NCBI GenBank assembly: GCA_963744145.1
Contig: CAVUSO010000001.1
Coordinates: 7,570,711-7,634,710 of the forward strand
Direction of reading: 5' to 3'
Source: an uncultured cyanobacterium
GTDB lineage: Bacteria; Cyanobacteriota; Cyanobacteriia; Cyanobacteriales; CAWUOF01
Length of the DNA stretch: 64,000 nt
Both the position numbers and the translations under genes were made by a program. Below, one piece after another: positions 10,740 to 21,703 of the stretch. Each line of letters starts with the position of its first letter. Within the stretch, counting starts at the first letter, position 1. The notes beneath the pieces are model-generated. The model was not told where the DNA came from, made no database searches, and saw only the letters and a program-made list of their open reading frames with translations.

Positions 10740-11344
10740 CCCGCAATCCAGTTTTGTTGATTCATGGAATCTTTAGAAAATCGGGTGTTTTTCAGGTTTT
10801 GTCTGCATACTTATCTGCATTGGGATGGTCTGTTTATGCTCCTGATCTTACCCCCAATTTGGGGGAGATTGGAATTGATGAATTAGCTCAACAACTTGCA
10901 GATTATATCGATCAAACTTTTGCTCAAGATCAAAAATTGAATCTAGTTGGTTTGAGTATGGGAGGATTGGTAAGTCGTTACTATATTCAGCGTTTGGGTG
11001 GGATTGATCGGGTTGAGCGTTTAATTACCATATCATCCCCTCATCAGGGGACAATTATGGCTTATTTACTGAGTGGGATTGGTTATGTGCAGATGCGTCC
11101 TGGTAGTAGTTTTCTGCAAGACTTAAATGAGGATGTGACGATCCTGACACAAATCGATTTTACCTCAATCTGGACAACTTGGGATTTTATTATTGTCCCA
11201 GCTAATAGCTCCCAAATTGCCCAAGGTAAAGATCTACAAGTAGAAGTTTTTGCTCATGCTTGTATGGTTAACCATCCCCAAAGCTTACAAGCGATCGCAT
11301 CTGTACTATCCACACCGATTAGAGTTTATCCCCAACCTGAGTAA
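10736..11344 (+). CDS. lipase/esterase (alpha/beta hydrolase)
   Basis: LLIHG, GLSMGG, SPHQGT, WDFII, AHACM. Confidence 0.85.
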   Translation: MTRNPVLLIHGIFRKSGVFQVLSAYLSALGWSVYAPDLTPNLGEIGIDELAQQLADYIDQTFAQDQKLNLVGLSMGGLVSRYYIQRLGGIDRVERLITISSPHQGTIMAYLLSGIGYVQMRPGSSFLQDLNEDVTILTQIDFTSIWTTWDFIIVPANSSQIAQGKDLQVEVFAHACMVNHPQSLQAIASVLSTPIRVYPQPE

Positions 11345-11750
11345 ATTCCCGATCGCCAAAAATTGCCTGGGGATGACAGTAATATTTAAACTCTAGTAAA
11401 TTAGAAAAAGGATCTTCTAAAAAGAAGGTGCGATGTTCACTAATTTGACCTTCAAACCGACGGTAAGCTGGTAATCGAAAGGATAATTGGTGTTGTTGGG
11501 ATCTAGCTAGAATTGCTTCCCAATCAGCTTCGGAGGTAAAGATTAAACCAAAGTGTCGGGGATAGATAGTTTTTTGGGGTGTCAAGGGCTCGTCCGTGAG
11601 ATGAGCGACGATTTGATGTCCGTAAAGGTTCAAAATTACGGAAGTAGGAGATTCTCGACCAATTTCACATCCTAAAGCATCCCCATAAAATGCTTTAGTT
11701 TGGGCAATATTGGTAACAGGGAAGGCAAGATGGAATAAGACTTGGCTCAT
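11319..11750 (-). CDS. VOC/glyoxalase family protein
   Basis: FHLAFPV, YPRHFG, TFFLEDPFSNLLEFK. Confidence 0.85.
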   Translation of the reverse strand: MSQVLFHLAFPVTNIAQTKAFYGDALGCEIGRESPTSVILNLYGHQIVAHLTDEPLTPQKTIYPRHFGLIFTSEADWEAILARSQQHQLSFRLPAYRRFEGQISEHRTFFLEDPFSNLLEFKYYCHPQAIFGDREFTQVGDKL

Positions 11751-11775
11751 AATTAAGATTAAGGTAGTAATAAAA

Positions 11776-12552
11776 ATGGAAAGATCCGAATTTCTTGATT
11801 ATTCATGGTTGTTTAACCCCTGGGTTGTCGCGATCGCGCTCCATAGCATTTTGGGGACGATCTCCTATTTTGCCCCACTCAAATTACTCACTCCGATGGG
11901 TTTACTTCATGCTTGTGGATTGGGTGTAATTATTTGGGGTACTTTAGGCTGGTCTGGTTATACAATTGTCATGTTTTATTTTCTGGTTGGTTCAGGTGTA
12001 ACTCGGATCAGAATGGACCAAAAACAAGCTGAGGGTATAGCTGAAAAACGTTCTGGTGCTAGAGGTCCAGAAAATGTTTGGGGTTCGGCGCTCATCGGTA
12101 CTATTTGTGCTTTACTGACGTTAATTCCTGCTATCGATCATATCATCCCCCAGTCTTGGTTATTAGTAGCTTATGTAGCTAGTTTTAGCACTAAGTTGGC
12201 TGATACTTGCGCGAGTGAGTTTGGTAAAGCTTATGGAAAGCGGACATTTTTAATTACTACCTTACAACCAGTCCCGCGAGGAACAGAAGGAGCGGTAAGT
12301 CTAGAAGGTACTTTAGCTGGAATCCTGGGTTCAATCGCGATCGCTTTGGTCGGGTTAGGAGTGGGAATGATTAACTTGCAGGGTGGGTTATTTTCTGTAG
12401 TTGCAGCTTTTATTGCAACTAATATAGAAAGTGTGATTGGTGCTACACTTCAAGCCAAATTTAGTTGGCTAACTAATGAAGTAGTAAATATGATCAATAC
12501 TTTCATTGGAGCGATCGCCGCGATTACTTTTGCTTGGATTTGGCATTATTAA
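11776..12552 (+). CDS. TIGR00297 / DUF92 membrane protein (VTE6-like)
   Basis: GIAEKRSGARGPENVWGSA, KLADTCASEFGKAYG, GTEGAVSLEGT, NEVVNMINT. Confidence 0.85.
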   Translation: MERSEFLDYSWLFNPWVVAIALHSILGTISYFAPLKLLTPMGLLHACGLGVIIWGTLGWSGYTIVMFYFLVGSGVTRIRMDQKQAEGIAEKRSGARGPENVWGSALIGTICALLTLIPAIDHIIPQSWLLVAYVASFSTKLADTCASEFGKAYGKRTFLITTLQPVPRGTEGAVSLEGTLAGILGSIAIALVGLGVGMINLQGGLFSVVAAFIATNIESVIGATLQAKFSWLTNEVVNMINTFIGAIAAITFAWIWHY

Positions 12553-12560
12553 TCTCCACA

Positions 12561-14261
12561 ATGAAAATTTTAACTAAATTTATCACTTCTTCAGTCTTAG
12601 TGATAGTCGGAATTAGCTGTCTAATCTGGGGAGAGGAAATTGTGATTAAACAATTAGATCGCTCGCTCCAGGTAAATTCTGAGCGCAATTCTCAGGAGTT
12701 GGAAACTATTTTTAAGGCTCAATTATATTTAAAAGACGAACTTCGGGCACTGAAAGATTTACTAATTTTTAATCGACTATCTATATATATTACTCAATAT
12801 GAAAAAGCCAGGTCTGATTTTTTATCAAGTTTGGCTAAATTAGCAAGTTTATTACCCCAAAATTCGGTTTTACAGAGTATTCGCGATCGGCACCAACTTC
12901 TCAATAACTTCGCCAAATCTATTCAGAAGAATAATTCTCATTTACCATCTCAAGCAAGTTTTCAAAAAATTAATTCTTTTCGAGATAATATATTTAGGGA
13001 TTTTCAAAATTTAGAAACCCAAATTAAAGCCAAAGAAAATTTAGAACATCAAGAAGATGTCAAGCTGAAACAAAAAATAGATTGGATTAGAAGAAGTATT
13101 ATAATTACTATTATTTTGATGTTTATCGGTCAATTATTGTTAATTATCTTGCCCCTGATTAATTCCATTGAAAAACTCAAACAAGGAATATTAATATTAG
13201 GTGCGGGAAATCTTGACTATCAGATTAAAGTTGAAACTGGGGATGAAATTGAAAAACTAGCTAAAGAATTTAATCAAATGGCAATGAGATTATCTGAATC
13301 TTATTATTGTTTAAAACAAGAGATTAGCGATCGACAGATTACGGAAAAAGAACTTCAACAAGCATTAGAAAAATTACAAAAAACCCAATCGCAATTAATT
13401 CAAACAGAAAAAATGTCGGCGCTGGGGAATACGGTAGCTGGTGTAGCTCATGAAATTAATAATCCGATTAGTTTTATCTATGGGAATCTGGGTTATCTCA
13501 AGGAATACACCCAAAGCTTACTGGATCTGATTCAACTCTATCAAAAATATTATCCTCAACCAGAACCAACCATTCAGAAATATATAGAAGATATAGATTT
13601 TGATTTTTTAAATAAGGATTTAATCAAAATCATCGCTTCTATGAAAGTTGGTGCTGAACGAATTCGTCAAATAGTTTTATCTTTACGAAATTTTGCTCAT
13701 TTAGATGAAAGCGAACTCAAAGAAGTAGATATTCATCAAGGAATGGATAATACTCTCAGTTTATTGCAAAATCGATTAATAATTAGAGATAATCCGATTA
13801 AAGTTGTCACCAAATATGGCAAATTACCTTTAGTAGAATGCTATGCTCGAGACCTGAATCAAGTATTTATGAATATTCTACTTAATGCGATCGAAGCTTT
13901 AGAAACCAAATGGAATCAGATGGAATTAGAGCAATCTTTAGACTCCCAGGTAAAATTTGCTAACGAAAAACCAGAAATTCGGATTCGCACGCAAATCTTG
14001 CAAAATAATGCTGTAGTTGTCTTAATTACAGATAATGGGATTGGGATGACAGAAAATGTGTTAAGAAAATTATTTGATCCCTTTTTCACTACCAAACCAG
14101 TTGGGAAAGGGATTGGATTAGGATTATCAATTAGCTACCAAATTATAGTCCAAAAACATAGTGGTGTCCTGCGGTGTAATTCTACCCTGAACCAGGGAAC
14201 CGAGTTTTGGATTGAAATTCCGCTCCAACAAAGTCAACAACCCAGAGTAAACGGATCTTAA
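12561..14261 (+). CDS. membrane sensor histidine kinase (4HB-HAMP-HisKA-HATPase)
   Basis: Two TMs, HAMP (GDEIEKLAKEFNQM), H-box VAHEINNP, N-box, DPFFTTKPVGKGIGLGL. Confidence 0.9.
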   Translation: MKILTKFITSSVLVIVGISCLIWGEEIVIKQLDRSLQVNSERNSQELETIFKAQLYLKDELRALKDLLIFNRLSIYITQYEKARSDFLSSLAKLASLLPQNSVLQSIRDRHQLLNNFAKSIQKNNSHLPSQASFQKINSFRDNIFRDFQNLETQIKAKENLEHQEDVKLKQKIDWIRRSIIITIILMFIGQLLLIILPLINSIEKLKQGILILGAGNLDYQIKVETGDEIEKLAKEFNQMAMRLSESYYCLKQEISDRQITEKELQQALEKLQKTQSQLIQTEKMSALGNTVAGVAHEINNPISFIYGNLGYLKEYTQSLLDLIQLYQKYYPQPEPTIQKYIEDIDFDFLNKDLIKIIASMKVGAERIRQIVLSLRNFAHLDESELKEVDIHQGMDNTLSLLQNRLIIRDNPIKVVTKYGKLPLVECYARDLNQVFMNILLNAIEALETKWNQMELEQSLDSQVKFANEKPEIRIRTQILQNNAVVVLITDNGIGMTENVLRKLFDPFFTTKPVGKGIGLGLSISYQIIVQKHSGVLRCNSTLNQGTEFWIEIPLQQSQQPRVNGS

Positions 14262-14599
14262 CAATCAAAGTCCAGGAACCATCACTGATCCTCGATAATC
14301 TGTGATCAGGTTTACGGAAATTGAGTAAATATACTAGGATTGATTGAGGGACAATCTAGTTTTTTTGATGTCGCTCGCTTGAGTGCTTAACTATAAAGAT
14401 ATATATACATAATGTTAAACCTTTAGTAAGAGATATGTAATCTTGTATATTTTTGATTTTTGTAGTATCTGATTCAGATATATTGGAAATCTAAAGGAAT
14501 AATTAATAAAAGATAGCGCCGGTCTGTTGGCTTACCAAAACTCAAGTGACCGGTTGTCCCAGTCCTATACATGAGCTGGTAATCCACCAGAAGGAGAAT

Positions 14600-14830
14600 A
14601 TGATGACTCCCCTGATGCTACGTCAACTTTGGACTTTAGTTGAAACTACCCAAGCGACTATCCTGATCAAACTAGATGATGCGACCTTAGTCCAGTGGTT
14701 ACTCAAACAGGTTGAAGTAAAAGCCCCATTAGATCGAGACCAAAGCCATGTTCTGAATAATTACATCCATTCTAAACTGAGCTTGATCCGCGATCTAGCC
14801 TATCAACGCTGTGGGACAGATCATTTATAG
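14600..14830 (+). CDS. conserved cyanobacterial small hypothetical protein
   Basis: AGGAG RBS then MMTPLMLRQLWTLVETTQ...SKLSLIRDLA. Confidence 0.7.
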   Translation: MMTPLMLRQLWTLVETTQATILIKLDDATLVQWLLKQVEVKAPLDRDQSHVLNNYIHSKLSLIRDLAYQRCGTDHL

Positions 14831-14962
14831 ACCAATTGGTAATTAGTAACTGTGATATCCATAGTTTCTGACTCTTAGGTTTTATGTGACCTCTAAACTT
14901 GTAAGATAGAACACTGTTGAAGATAAGTTGTCAATAAACACCAAGAGAGTAGAGCAGAAACT

Positions 14963-16030
14963 ATGCGTAAATGGAGTTCCTTCTTCCTAGTCACCATGAT
15001 GTTGGTGATCCCCCTAGTCGCTTGTCGAAGTCATCAGTCAGAACCAACTTCAGTAGCGCAAAATAATAATAATGCTCCGGGTCGGCTAGAAACCATTATC
15101 AAACGTGGTAAGCTGATTTGTGGAATTGGCGCTGATTTACCTGGGTTTAGTTTTCTTGGTAAAGATGGTAAATATGCAGGACTAGATGTGGATGTTTGTC
15201 GCGCGATCGCTGCCGCTTTGTTCGATAATCCTGATGCAGTAGAATTTCGTCCTCTTACTCCCCAAGAACGTTTTTCAGCCATGCAATCGGGGGAAGTGGA
15301 CGTTCTTAGTCGTAACACTACTTGGACGATTAGTCGTGATACAGAGTTAAGAATGCTGTTTGCACCAGTCGATTTTTATGACGGTCAAGGGATGATGGTT
15401 CGTAAAGATAGTGGGATCAAGTCTTTAGAAGATTTTAAAGGTAAATCGATCTGTGTTCAAACTGGTACTACTACAGAAAAAGACTTGTCTGATAAAATGC
15501 GTAAGCTGGGAGTTAACTATACTCCTCTAGTTTTTGAAGAAACTGATGCTACTTTTTCTGCTTATGCTCAGGGTCGTTGTCAAGGAGTGACGACAGACCG
15601 TTCTCAACTAGCTGGACGTCGGACAATTCTCCCGAAACCAGAAGACCATGAAATTTTAGCAGATGTATTAATTTCTAAACAACCTTTAGCTCCTTGTGTT
15701 TTACAAGGTGATGCTAAGTGGTTTAGTGTCGTCAAATGGACTGTCTTTACACTAATTAATGCAGAAGAACTAGGAATTACCTCAGCGAATGTTACCCAAA
15801 TGCTGACTAATGAAGATCCTCTAATTAAACGCTTTTTAGGTAAGGAAGGAAGTGTCGGTCAAGGAATGGGATTATCCAATGACTTCGCTTTTCGCATTAT
15901 TAAACATATTGGTAACTATGGTGAAGTTTATGAACGTAATGTCGGTGAGAAAAGTCCTTTAAAGCTACCACGAGGAGCAAACAATCTTTGGACAAATGGT
16001 GGTTTAATGTATTCCCCTCCTTGGGACTAA
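14963..16030 (+). CDS. aapJ: polar amino-acid ABC transporter substrate-binding lipoprotein (AapJ/NatF type)
   Basis: Lipobox LVAC, GLDVDVCRAIAAA, DVLSRNTTWT, YDGQG, GNYGEVYERN. Confidence 0.85.
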   Translation: MRKWSSFFLVTMMLVIPLVACRSHQSEPTSVAQNNNNAPGRLETIIKRGKLICGIGADLPGFSFLGKDGKYAGLDVDVCRAIAAALFDNPDAVEFRPLTPQERFSAMQSGEVDVLSRNTTWTISRDTELRMLFAPVDFYDGQGMMVRKDSGIKSLEDFKGKSICVQTGTTTEKDLSDKMRKLGVNYTPLVFEETDATFSAYAQGRCQGVTTDRSQLAGRRTILPKPEDHEILADVLISKQPLAPCVLQGDAKWFSVVKWTVFTLINAEELGITSANVTQMLTNEDPLIKRFLGKEGSVGQGMGLSNDFAFRIIKHIGNYGEVYERNVGEKSPLKLPRGANNLWTNGGLMYSPPWD

Positions 16031-16112
16031 AATTCTGACCCAGAACCTAGTCTCCCCTCACTAAAGTTGCAGGGGGGATGAATGAACCTTTCTAGTTTAT
16101 TTGATCAAAATA

Positions 16113-17033
16113 ATGAGCAAAGTTTCTCTATTACATGATGTCAGATTCTGGCGCATCGCTGGTCAATTTCTGCTAATAATGGTAGTCACGATCGCGATTA
16201 GCATCTTAGCCGATAATTTTCATTATAACTTGGAAAGACAAGGAAGAGAATTTGGGTTTGACTTTTTAGAACAGCAAACATCTTTTGACATTGGAGAAAC
16301 ATTAATTCCTTACCAACCAACAGATGTTTATTGGGTAGCAATATTAGTAGGTATCCTCAATTCCTTGCGAATTATAGTTTTCAGCACAATTTTCTCAACT
16401 CTAATTGGGGTAATTGTGGGAATCGCACGTTTATCAGATAATTGGTTAGTGCGAAAATTAGCTTTTGTTTATGTAGAGATAATTCGTAATACTCCTTTAT
16501 TACTTCAGCTATTTTTTTGCTATTTTGTGATTTTCCTAAGTTTACCCCAACCGGAAAATAGTATTTCCTGGTTCGGGATAATTGTGTTTAGCAACCGTGG
16601 TATAGATTTCGGCTCTCTGCATCTTTCATCAGAATTTTCTGCTTTACTATTAGGGTTAACTATTTATACTGCTGGATTTATTGCGGAAATTGTGCGTGGG
16701 GGTATTCAATCAGTCCCAAAAGGACAATCAGAAGCAGCAAGGGCTCTTGGATTAAAACCTGGTTTAGCAATGCGACTGGTGATTTTACCTCAAGCACTCC
16801 GAGTAATTGTACCGTCTCTGAATAGCGAATATTTGAATTTAGCGAAAAACTCCAGTTTAGCGATCGCCATTGCTTATCCAGATATTTACTCAATTTGTTC
16901 AACAACTTTAAATCAAACTGGTCGTGATGTGGAAGTAATTTTGCTCTTGATGGTGATCTATCTCACCATTAACTTAATCATTTCGGTGTTAATGAATTTA
17001 TTTAATCAAACAGTCCAATTAAAAGAAAGATAA
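16113..17033 (+). CDS. aapQ: amino-acid ABC transporter permease (AapQ/NatG type)
   Basis: RNTPLLLQL, AEIVRGGIQSVPKGQSEAA EAA loop, KNSSLAIAIAYPD. Confidence 0.85.
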   Translation: MSKVSLLHDVRFWRIAGQFLLIMVVTIAISILADNFHYNLERQGREFGFDFLEQQTSFDIGETLIPYQPTDVYWVAILVGILNSLRIIVFSTIFSTLIGVIVGIARLSDNWLVRKLAFVYVEIIRNTPLLLQLFFCYFVIFLSLPQPENSISWFGIIVFSNRGIDFGSLHLSSEFSALLLGLTIYTAGFIAEIVRGGIQSVPKGQSEAARALGLKPGLAMRLVILPQALRVIVPSLNSEYLNLAKNSSLAIAIAYPDIYSICSTTLNQTGRDVEVILLLMVIYLTINLIISVLMNLFNQTVQLKER

Positions 17034-17056
17034 AGGGATAAAAATTAGTTGAATTT

Positions 17057-18097
17057 ATGACTAATCAACCAGTAGAAAATCATTCCTGGACAGAGACGGG
17101 AATTAATCTCCGCAGATGGCTCAAGAAAAATTTGTTTAAGAATTGGCAAAATACCTTACTAACTATATCGATTTCAGCGATCGGTTTCCAGGTATTGACC
17201 AATGTATTAATTTGGATCACCACCCAAGCAAAATGGGCAATAATTAGTAGTAATTTGCCCTTATTTTTAGTCGGTCGGTTTCCTCCTCAAGAATATTGGC
17301 GACTCTGGCTAGTTGTTAGTATATTAGCCATATTATTAGGATTATCCTGGTTTAGACTACCCCTAGTTAGTCGGTGGTTACCGCTGAGTTGGTTAATCGC
17401 ATTTCCGGTTACTCTTTGGTTAATTGGAGGAGGATTTGGGTTAACGAGTGTAGATACAAATCTTTGGAATGGGCTGTTACTCACCTTACTAATGGCATCA
17501 GTTAGTATTATTCTATCATTTCCCATTGGCGTTTTACTCGCTTTGGGTCGTCAGAGTTCCTTGCCCATTATCCGTTGGTTTAGTATTTTATATATTGAAC
17601 TATTTCGGGGATTGCCATTAATTGGCATTTTATTTACAGCCCAAGTGATGCTACCATTACTATTACCGCCAGAAATGCGTTTGGATCGGGTCCTCAGAGC
17701 GATCGCTGGGTTAACGATTTTTAGTGCTGCTTACCTAGCAGAAAATGTCCGAGCAGGCTTACAAGCAGTCCCTCGTGGTCAAAGTGAAGCAGCTAAAGCA
17801 TTAGGATTTAATCCGGTGCTAGTTTTACTACTAATTGTACTACCACAAGCCCTGCGTAATGTGATCCCAGCTATAGTCGGTCAATTTATTAGTCTGTTTA
17901 AAGACACAACTTTACTATCAATCGTTGGTTTAGTAGAATTACTGGGAATCAGTAAATCAATTTTAGCACAGCCAGAGTTTTTAGGTCGTTATATGGAAGT
18001 ATATTTATTTGCAGGAGTTCTTTACTGGATATTTTGTTATATCATGTCATTGTTTAGTCGGCGTTTAGAACAACAGCTAAACGTCGGGAAAAGATAG
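17057..18097 (+). CDS. aapM: amino-acid ABC transporter permease (AapM/NatH type)
   Basis: RGLPLIGIL, AENVRAGLQAVPRGQSEAA, FKDTTL. Confidence 0.85.
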   Translation: MTNQPVENHSWTETGINLRRWLKKNLFKNWQNTLLTISISAIGFQVLTNVLIWITTQAKWAIISSNLPLFLVGRFPPQEYWRLWLVVSILAILLGLSWFRLPLVSRWLPLSWLIAFPVTLWLIGGGFGLTSVDTNLWNGLLLTLLMASVSIILSFPIGVLLALGRQSSLPIIRWFSILYIELFRGLPLIGILFTAQVMLPLLLPPEMRLDRVLRAIAGLTIFSAAYLAENVRAGLQAVPRGQSEAAKALGFNPVLVLLLIVLPQALRNVIPAIVGQFISLFKDTTLLSIVGLVELLGISKSILAQPEFLGRYMEVYLFAGVLYWIFCYIMSLFSRRLEQQLNVGKR

Positions 18098-18124
18098 AAA
18101 TAGCAATTATAAATTAAAACACCA

Positions 18125-18871
18125 ATGACAGAACCTAACAATGAACTAATGATTATCGCTACGGATGTGCAAAAGTGGTATGGCAAATTTCACGTTTTGC
18201 GTGGAGTTAGCTTAACCGTTGAACGCGGTGAAGTAGTAGTGATTATGGGACCTTCTGGTTCAGGAAAATCAACCTTTATCAGAACTTTTAATGCTCTGGA
18301 AGAATATCAAGGTGGCAAAATTGAAGTCGATGGAATTGAACTATCTAGTGATCTGAGAAATATTGATGCAATTCGGAGCGAAGTGGGGATGGTGTTCCAA
18401 CAGTTTAATTTATTTCCCCACAAAACAGTCATAGAAAATATTACCTTAGCACCGATTTGGGTCCGGAAATGGACCAAAGCCAAAGCCGAAGAAATAGCAT
18501 TGCAATTATTGGAGCGAGTAGGTATCTTAGAACAAGCCCAAAAATATCCCGGACAATTATCTGGGGGTCAACAACAACGGGTAGCGATCGCCCGTGTCCT
18601 AGCAATGCAACCGAAAATTATGTTATTCGATGAACCAACTTCATCCCTAGATCCGGAAATGGTCAGGGAAGTTTTAGATGTAATGTTATCCCTCGCTAAT
18701 GATGGGATGACGATGGTGGTAGTGACCCATGAAGTTGGTTTTGCTCGTGAAGTAGCCGATCGCGTAGTGTTTATGGATAGTGGATTGATCGTGGAAACTG
18801 CGACACCAAATGACTTTTTTAGTAATCCCAAGGAAGAACGTAGTCGGAAGTTTTTATCCCAAATTCTCTAA
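18125..18871 (+). CDS. aapP: amino-acid ABC transporter ATPase (AapP/BgtA type)
   Basis: Walker [33 protein letters not shown]. Confidence 0.88.
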   Translation: MTEPNNELMIIATDVQKWYGKFHVLRGVSLTVERGEVVVIMGPSGSGKSTFIRTFNALEEYQGGKIEVDGIELSSDLRNIDAIRSEVGMVFQQFNLFPHKTVIENITLAPIWVRKWTKAKAEEIALQLLERVGILEQAQKYPGQLSGGQQQRVAIARVLAMQPKIMLFDEPTSSLDPEMVREVLDVMLSLANDGMTMVVVTHEVGFAREVADRVVFMDSGLIVETATPNDFFSNPKEERSRKFLSQIL

Positions 18872-18873
18872 AT

Positions 18874-20502
18874 TTATTTGGGTTGGGTGAGTAAGTTTTG
18901 AAATTCTGGGCGATCGCGAATCTGATGAAAGCTTTTGTCAGTTATTGCTGAATCTAGCAAATTTGGGTCTAGTTCGAGAGCGCGTTGTAAATGGGAGATG
19001 GCTTCAGTTATTTCTTGTGATTCCGCATGATGACAAGCTTTATTATACCAAGTAGTTGCATAGTCAGGTTGCATTTTAATTGCTTCCTCATAGATGGCGA
19101 TCGCTTCAGTTGCTTGTCCCATTCGACTTAACGCTGCCCCTTTAATATTTAAACCCAGAGGATTATTAGGAAACTGTTTATGCAAATCTTGACTAATTTT
19201 TAAAGCCTCATCACAACGATTTAATTCAATCAGCACAAAACATTTTTGATATTTTGATTGGTGATAGTTTGGATTAAATTCAATGGCGCGTTGATAAGAA
19301 AATAGCGATTCTTCATATCGTTTCCAACGCTGCATTAAAACACCACGATCGTGCCAAATCATGCCATTTTTAGGTTCGAGTTTCAGGGCTTTTTCATAAC
19401 ATTGAAAAGCGGCATCATATAATTTCATTCGCAATAAAGAAGCACCCTTAAACCAAATAGCACGAACATGATTAGGTTCAATTTGTAAGAGTTGATCATA
19501 AGTTTTAACTGTCTCATCATGTTTTTTATCCATTGATAATGTAATCCCCTTTAAAAGTAAAGCTTGTCCAAAATTGGGTTGCAATTTTAATGCTTGATCA
19601 TAAGATTCAATTGCTTGATCATAGCGTTTGAGTTTGGTCAGAGCTTGTCCCCGAGTAGTCCAAACTTGACAAAAATTTACACCAGAATTTAAGCAGCTAT
19701 CAAAATAGTTTGTTTGGAGAGAAATTGCTCGATCAAAAGAGCTAAGTGCTGCTTCATATTGTTTTAACTTAAATAGGATTGAACCCCGATTTGCCCAAAG
19801 ACTTTGTTCTTTTAGATCAGGATTAATTTTAATTGTTTGGTTATAACAAGCTAGAGCAACTTGAGGAAATTGACGAGATAATTGGATGAAGAAACCAATA
19901 ATTTCTAAAGTATTGACCAGCAAATTTTTCGGGCGTTTGCGAAAAAACCAGAGCAAATAAATCACCAATAATAATATGATATATATAATTATTTCATGGA
20001 CAGCATACTCAAAAACTATTCTACCTGTATTAGCCCCAGTTGCTGGAATACCTAAAAACTTTACCAGTTGAAATGCCTTACTTAACAAAGCATAATTAAG
20101 TGGAGCAAAATTAAAGATTAATGTATAAAGCAGAATAATTCCCAATAGACAAAAATTTCGGAACTTTTGTTGAACTGATTCGGGTAACCAAGGCTCGAAG
20201 ATCCGATAACCATCCAAGGGTGGAATTGGTAACAGATTTAATAACATCATATAAAAGTTGAGAAAAACTAGAAAAGCCAGGAGAGTACCTAGTACAGATT
20301 TAAATAAAGGAGCTAGATTTGCCAGTGATAAGAAATACCATAACAATGCTAAAATTACACCAGCGATCGCGCTTCCTATTGGTCCAGCTCCAGCTACTGC
20401 ACTTTGCCACCAGCGATTTTTGAGTCGTTTTTGATCAATATAAACCGCAGCTCCAGGTAAAGCTAATCCTCCCATCAATAGAAATACTAGGGGAACAAAA
20501 GG
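18874..20502 (-). pseudogene. 5'-truncated site-2 protease (M50) + TPR protein
   Basis: GAAVYID, AGAGP, NLLPIPPLDG present, then many TPRs; in-frame TGA at 20503-20505 upstream so the HExxH N-terminus is missing; may still be translated from 20475/20478. Confidence 0.65.
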
Positions 20503-20570
20503 TCAATCGACCCGATCGCTCTCAACTAATTGCTCTTCCTCAAGAACATATCGCGATCGCTGTGAAAATA

Positions 20571-21113
20571 TTATTTGCTAAGTTCCTGTGGCAAATTCTT
20601 AATAATACGTTGAAAAAGATTTGGATCTTCTAACCCCAAAGACAAAATTAGTGCACCTTGAATCTCAATTACTGCATCTTCTGCTCGTTGGAAAGCAAGT
20701 TCCTCATCGATCCCAGACTCAACTAATACCCGTGCGATCGCTTTAATCCAATTTTGAAATAAAGCTTTTACTTGATCATGAAACACATCTCGAGCTGAAC
20801 CCAATAATAAAGTTGCACATAAACTGGGTTTCTGTCCCTCTTCATAGAGGTTAGATAAATTATTGCACATTTGTTGAAATCTCATTACCGTATCCCCTTC
20901 ACCTTCAAGGACAGATACAACATTGTCATTGAACCATTTTTCTAAATAATCTAATACTGACTTTACCATCTCATTCTTTCCTCCAGGAAAATAATGGTAA
21001 AGACTTGCTTTTCTCATTCCAGTTGCTTCCGAAATTTTGGATAAGCTTGCTGCGTCATAACCATACTGTCGAAATACTTGTAATAAAACTGGAATATACG
21101 TTTCTTTGGACAT
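20571..21113 (-). CDS. TetR/AcrR family transcriptional regulator
   Basis: FRQYGYDAASLSKISEATGMRKASLYHYFPGGKNEM HTH. Confidence 0.9.
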   Translation of the reverse strand: MSKETYIPVLLQVFRQYGYDAASLSKISEATGMRKASLYHYFPGGKNEMVKSVLDYLEKWFNDNVVSVLEGEGDTVMRFQQMCNNLSNLYEEGQKPSLCATLLLGSARDVFHDQVKALFQNWIKAIARVLVESGIDEELAFQRAEDAVIEIQGALILSLGLEDPNLFQRIIKNLPQELSK

Positions 21114-21134
21114 CTGCAAAAATTAAAAAAAACA

Positions 21135-21163
21135 TTGATTTTGTACTGAACGTTCGGTATAGT
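21135..21163 (+). promoter_or_regulatory. sigma70-type promoter with palindromic operator in spacer
   Basis: TTGATT-17nt-TATAGT; TACTGAACGTTCGGTA (21144-21159) near-perfect palindrome. Confidence 0.7.
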
Positions 21164-21436
21164 AGGGATGAAAAATCTAAAAATTAATCAACAACTAACC
21201 GATAATTAAACTATATGCTAATCAGCGTTTATCCAACAACTACAAAGCGAAATTAATCCTATCTCTTTTAGGTTTAAGTTTAAATTTTGAGTGGATTGCA
21301 GTTGATTTGTTCGCCACGACTATTGTATTGTAATCTTAGATAGATATGTTTTAGCACCTCCAAATTACCGGAATATTTCTAAAAGAAGCGAAAAATCGAT
21401 TTATTTGGACATTAGTGAAAATTTAAAAATTAGTCA

Positions 21437-21465
21437 TTGCTATTTTATCGAACGTTCGGTAAAAT
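21437..21465 (+). promoter_or_regulatory. second promoter with same operator
   Basis: TTGCTA-17nt-TAAAAT; TATCGAACGTTCGGTA (21446-21461). Confidence 0.7.
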
Positions 21466-21703
21466 AGAAGTTAACACTTTTAAGATTAGGTAGCATCAGA
21501 ATAAACTGACGATTACGCTTTATGGCCGTTAACGTTTAGATAACAGCTATAAAGCTCAATTCACATTATCTCATTTATAAGACCAGGTAACTATAAAGTT
21601 TTATGACTAATTAGGTTAATTTTGCATAAAAACTCGGATCTGGGACAGATATATATTTAAAAAGAGCCCAAAAATATCTAGTTGTTCTAAATAACTTACT
21701 CAA

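Noticed and set aside
14880..14962. NtcA box upstream of the amino-acid ABC operon
   Set aside because: Only an imperfect GTA-N8-CAC at 14901; too weak to support.
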